This document shows positions 54,724 to 64,000 of a stretch of DNA of 64,000 bases, piece by piece. A program made the position numbers and the translations under genes. The stretch covers positions 34,286,001 to 34,350,000 of the forward strand of contig CM022672.1 in assembly GCA_012295275.1 (NCBI GenBank), given 5' to 3'. The notes under the pieces are model-generated. The model saw nothing but the letters and a program-made list of their open reading frames with translations, was not told where the DNA came from and made no database searches. How positions within the stretch are numbered: the stretch's first letter is position 1; each line of letters opens with the position of its first letter. The stretch comes from Chrysomallon squamiferum (Eukaryota; Animalia; Mollusca).

Positions 54724-54772
<49 letters not shown>

Positions 54773-55048
54773 GACATCGAAAATGCATTCGCAAAACAAG
54801 TAATAAGTACATAAATACAAAAATCTCTCATGGAAATGGAATCAAAATAAATAAACAAACAAAACAAATGCAGAAAGACAAAGAAAAACAGCAGTTAATT
54901 TTAAAACTTGACACAGACAAAGAAATAAAACTGTGTGAACTGAGCAGATGTTACGAAACTTACAGACGCCAGGTTTTGGAAGGCCAACGTTTTCTAACTT
55001 CTTTTTTTTTTTTTTTTTTTAATGCGATAACATATCAGTGACGAAAAC

Positions 55049-59294
<4,246 letters not shown>

Positions 59295-59836
59295 AACGTA
59301 TTTGAACTGTTGTAACGTTTTGACCTTATTTGCGAAGAACGAAGTCCAAGCGTCATAAAGTTATTACGTCATCACATTTAGTTATTACATAAAGTTATTG
59401 CACTAGATTTTCTTGTTACGTAAAATTATTATGTCACCATATTTAGTTATGCCACTTGTGAAATAATTTTGTTGGTGTTATGGTGAATTATATGTCAAAC
59501 GATGTTTGTCATTATTTAAAAAATACTGGATCAACGTTTCATTGAAATAAAAATTTGAACTAAAGTCTGTAATATTTGATTATTTATTTATTTATTTAAA
59601 AAAGAAGAAAGAAGAAATGTCTGCATACAATTGTACTAACAATATTATTTAACTGTCATGCAATCACTCGCTTGAAAATTATAAATTAAAATATTAATTT
59701 TTTATGATCTTCTTTTTCTTATTTATTTATTTATTTATAAAATAAAAAAGAATTATGTATGTAATTGTACTAACCGTATTATTTACCTGTCTTGCAATCA
59801 ATCACTGGTATAAAAATTATAAAAGTATTTGTTTGT

Positions 59837-59871
<35 letters not shown>

Positions 59872-60172
59872 TTATTATTATCATCATCATCATCATCATC
59901 ATTATCTACATCATTTATAATGAAAGCCTAAAGGCATTCGCTAAATGAGCAACAGCAACAAGAAAAACAAATATTTTAAATTATCTCTCACTGAAACAGA
60001 ACACAAAAGCAGTGAATCTTACAAATGGCTTTGACAAAGAAACAAAACAATGTGTGAAATTCCAGATGTTTTTATCAAAGCGTACAAACACCAGATATGA
60101 AAAAGCCAGCGTTTCCTATTCTTCGTTTCCTTTTTAATCTTATTTTTAGTACGATAATACATCGATAAAAAC

Positions 60173-60895
60173 ATGAATGTTATTGCATGCTTATTAATAT
60201 TTGCAGTTGGTGAGTTCATTCTTGAATCATTTTTTAAAGTTTTATGAAATAATATTTATTTCTTTGTTTGTTTATTTCGTGTTTGATAATTAATTAATTC
60301 ATTTTTTGTTTATTGTTTTATTATTTATTTATTTGTTTGCTTATATGTCTTTTTACTAATACCTCTGTTTAATTACAGTTCTTATTAAGAAAATGTTTTA
60401 GTAAAATATTTAAAATTGTTTTCTTGTGATTATTAACCAAACAGATAACCTAACAAAATTCATTAAATTACTATTATTGTTACTATTATTATTGTTGTTG
60501 TTGTTGTTGTTGTAGTTACTAGTGGTGATAATCGTTGTAATACTTGTAGTATTTTATACCTCTTATACATAGCAGACGTAACGGTAATACTTGATTATTA
60601 ATGAAAGAGTTACGGTAACGTAAATCTAAAATAATGTTACAGTTGTTGTAATGGTCGTTGTTGTTGCAGTTACTAGAGGTGATGATGAGGTGGTAGTAGC
60701 AGTAATCGTAGCATCACTAACTGATTTTCATTTTATTGTTTTTAAAACTGTAGTTACAGCAGTGAATATTCCAAAAAGTACAGCATTGGGAGTAACGTCA
60801 CCAGGTAAAATTTAACACACACACGCACACACACACACACGCACGCACGCACAGAGACACACGCACGCACATACGCACCGATATATGAAATTAGC

Positions 60896-60951
<56 letters not shown>

Positions 60952-61043
60952 AGAGAGATCAAAATAATTAGGTTTATAAGCAAATCATTATATTAGTAGT
61001 TCCTATAAATAAAAACATGATAACTTTAAAATAATAATAATAA

Positions 61044-61106
<63 letters not shown>

Positions 61107-61484
61107 AATAAAATAAAATAAGAATTAAAGACAAAATAAAATAACATAAAAAAACAATGAAATAATAATAATAAAACAAAATAAATAATATATTAAATAA
61201 ATCTAAAAAATAATTAAAAACACTACTCCAGATAATAAGCAAATACAGTCTCTTTACACCAGAGTTATTTTTTTTTAAGTTGAGTGTTTTCAGTGTATCG
61301 AAGATTCAGCGAGAGGAATCAAATGTAACCACCAGAACAACACTGTTCAATGCGACCCAACACAACCGTATTGCGTCACACATTACCAGGGAAATAGTAG
61401 CCATTACGTCATTGACAGAGGGTACGTCATACGTTAAGTTACCTGTTACGTAGAAAGCGTAGAAAAGAAATAAAGAACAAGAGA

Positions 61485-61567
<83 letters not shown>

Positions 61568-62060
61568 TAACTGTTTCTTTATCAGATGTTCCACACAAGG
61601 GAAATGCCATTCCAACTGGTGGATGAAAACGATGCTTATCAAAGAATGTTTTCGATTGGACGTGCAGCACAGCACGTCACGTGATTCGCTAGACTGTTAT
61701 TTCTGCTGTAACGGATCTTTGTGCAATCACCCGATCAAGGTGATGCCAGATCACGTGTTAATGTCTACTGGAGGTGACAATAGCTGTAGATTTAATAGAT
61801 AAAACTAAACCAAACAAAACAAATATTAAACAGTTAAACACAATAAATACATAGAAACATAATCAAACAAACGAACCTACAATCAAATAAATAAATAAAT
61901 AAATTAATTAATTAATTAATAAGAAAATAAATAAATAAATAAGAAAATAAATAAATACACAAATAAATAAATAAATAAATTTGATTTAATCTTTGACTTC
62001 TTTTCAGCTGCTGTGTATTTTTTTTATCATTTTTTTTATAATTTTTTCTTCCGACGTTAC

Positions 62061-62113
<53 letters not shown>

Positions 62114-62702
62114 ATATTTGCAGGCAATAGCTACAAACATACTCAAAGAAGACACACACATACACATATAGACACAGGAATACCCAAACACACAGACACA
62201 CGCACAGACACAAGAATTACACAAACACTCATAATGTGTAATTTTTGCTGTGAGTTCGGTCTTTATTCTTTCTTTTTTGAGGGGGTATAATTGAATTAAA
62301 TTTAAAATTTTAAAAATTTACTGTTACTGTTCTTTAAATGACACTGTTTCTAAAAGCAGAATAGTTTGATAAAATAATAACTATATTCTGTTAACAGCCA
62401 TTTCTAACTTTACAGCGACAACTGTGACACCGGTACCAACAACAACAGCTACCAGGCCAGTAAACAAACGTATGTGAAACTTGATTTTTGTTTTAAACAA
62501 ATAAGGAGCTAAAATTAAATCTGGAAAAAAAAGTCTTGATATAAAATGTTCGTTAGGAGTTAAATAGAGGAGTATTCGCTTTCATAACAAAATAAAGCCA
62601 AGATGATCATGATGGTAATAATGATGATTTAATATTATGGCACTACTACTGCTACTATTACTACTGCTACTACTACTACTACTACTACTACTAGTACTAC
62701 TG

Positions 62703-62735
<33 letters not shown>

Positions 62736-63083
62736 ATAATAATAATAATAAAATATTCTGACAATAATCTCAACATTACCACCGCAAATACAAAAACTAT
62801 CACATTAACAGCAACAACAATGACAACAACAGCAGCAATACAACAACAACTACTACTACTACCAGCTAATTACTATTTTGATTTCACAGCTATCGACTGC
62901 TATGAAAATAACCACAAACGGCGCTGCACTTCCGGTTACTGCCTGACTACCGTGATTGACAACGATGGGTTTAACAGAGCCGTAATAAAAAAGTAAATTT
63001 TCTTTATTTTAGAATTTTAAGACTTGAAACTACAGTATATCATGTTTAAATCTTTGTACGTTTAAAAAGTGTTGTCACTGAAA

Positions 63084-63114
<31 letters not shown>

Positions 63115-63217
63115 ATATTAAAAGAAAGAAAGAGAAAAGAGTGAAAAAAGAAAAGAAAAAAAAAACAAAGTAAAGAAACAAATATTGATGATGATGATGA
63201 TGATGATAATGATATAA

Positions 63218-63269
<52 letters not shown>

Positions 63270-63760
63270 GTAATAATAATAATATGTTTTACTTCATAGG
63301 AGAATCGCGAGAATCTACATACTTACAACTGTCAGAAGAAAAAAGAATCACAAATTCAAATATTAGTCTTTTTCTTGATATAATTTGATTCTGTTTTCTT
63401 TTTAACTGTTTCGTTCTCTCAGTATCTATAAGATAATGACGTTACGTCATTCAATTGTTGTGACGTAAATTCCGACGTTATTATTTACCGAATATTTAAC
63501 CGTTTAAACAGATGTTTCTCAAAGTAAATTTATGATTATAGACAAAACTAATGTTTCTCGAATTGCTCATTTATTTTAAGAAAAATATTAATGTCATGCT
63601 AGTTTTAATGTTTAATAAATGGCTAGAATGAGAATAACATTTTTATTTATTATTTGTTGTTTGTTTATTTATTCTTATTTATTTCTGCTTGTTTTTTGTT
63701 TATTTAATTTTTGTTTATTTATTTGCTATTATTTTTTAATTTTTGTTTATTTATTTGCTT

Positions 63761-63792
<32 letters not shown>

Positions 63793-64000
63793 TGTTTATT
63801 TATTTTGTTATTTATTTATTTATTTGTTTACAGATGTGTGGACAGACACGAGTGTTACACAAAATGGTGGCTGCAGACGTCAGATGATGACGTTTGTTTA
63901 GATCTCATGTCAAGGGGAGACAAACCTAGCGGACTTAACATCGTCTGTAGTTACTGTTGCCAGGACGACGAATGTAACAAAAATCTCTATCCTCCCCAAA
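60173..64000 (+). CDS. Tandem paralogue, copy B (3' end runs off the window); join(60173..60209,60754..60804,61280..61421,61586..61773,62398..62469,62890..62992,63834..>64000)
   Basis: MNVIACLLIFAVVTAV signal-like start; same exon phases and Cys pattern as copy A; a single Thr-rich exon. Confidence 0.75.

Overview
AT-rich, microsatellite-dense animal genomic DNA. The gene content suggests a lophotrochozoan, probably a mollusc; this is inference. Four spliced + strand genes were assembled by hand from splice sites and reading phase. (1) A Gfi-1/senseless-type SNAG + 4x C2H2 zinc-finger repressor (24653-32668, 4 exons, 314 aa) inside about 43 kb of otherwise non-coding DNA with many CpG-containing islands. 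(2) SIN1/MAPKAP1, a TORC2 subunit (43872-53141, 11 coding exons, 517 aa, probably one GC-AG intron). (3, 4) Two tandem copies of an uncharacterised secreted protein with two Ly6/uPAR-like (CC..CN, WW-containing) domains and a Thr-rich linker (55049-59294; 60173 to beyond 64000). The most unusual signal is that two unrelated genes each carry a minisatellite whose unit is that exon's own 3' end plus its 5' splice site: 14 x 23 bp in the Gfi-1 gene and about 31 x 43 bp in SIN1. This creates arrays of near-identical splice donors of which only the first gives full-length protein. Smaller copies of exon or splice-site sequence sit at other SIN1 junctions. Nearly all other ORFs in the track are microsatellite artefacts.
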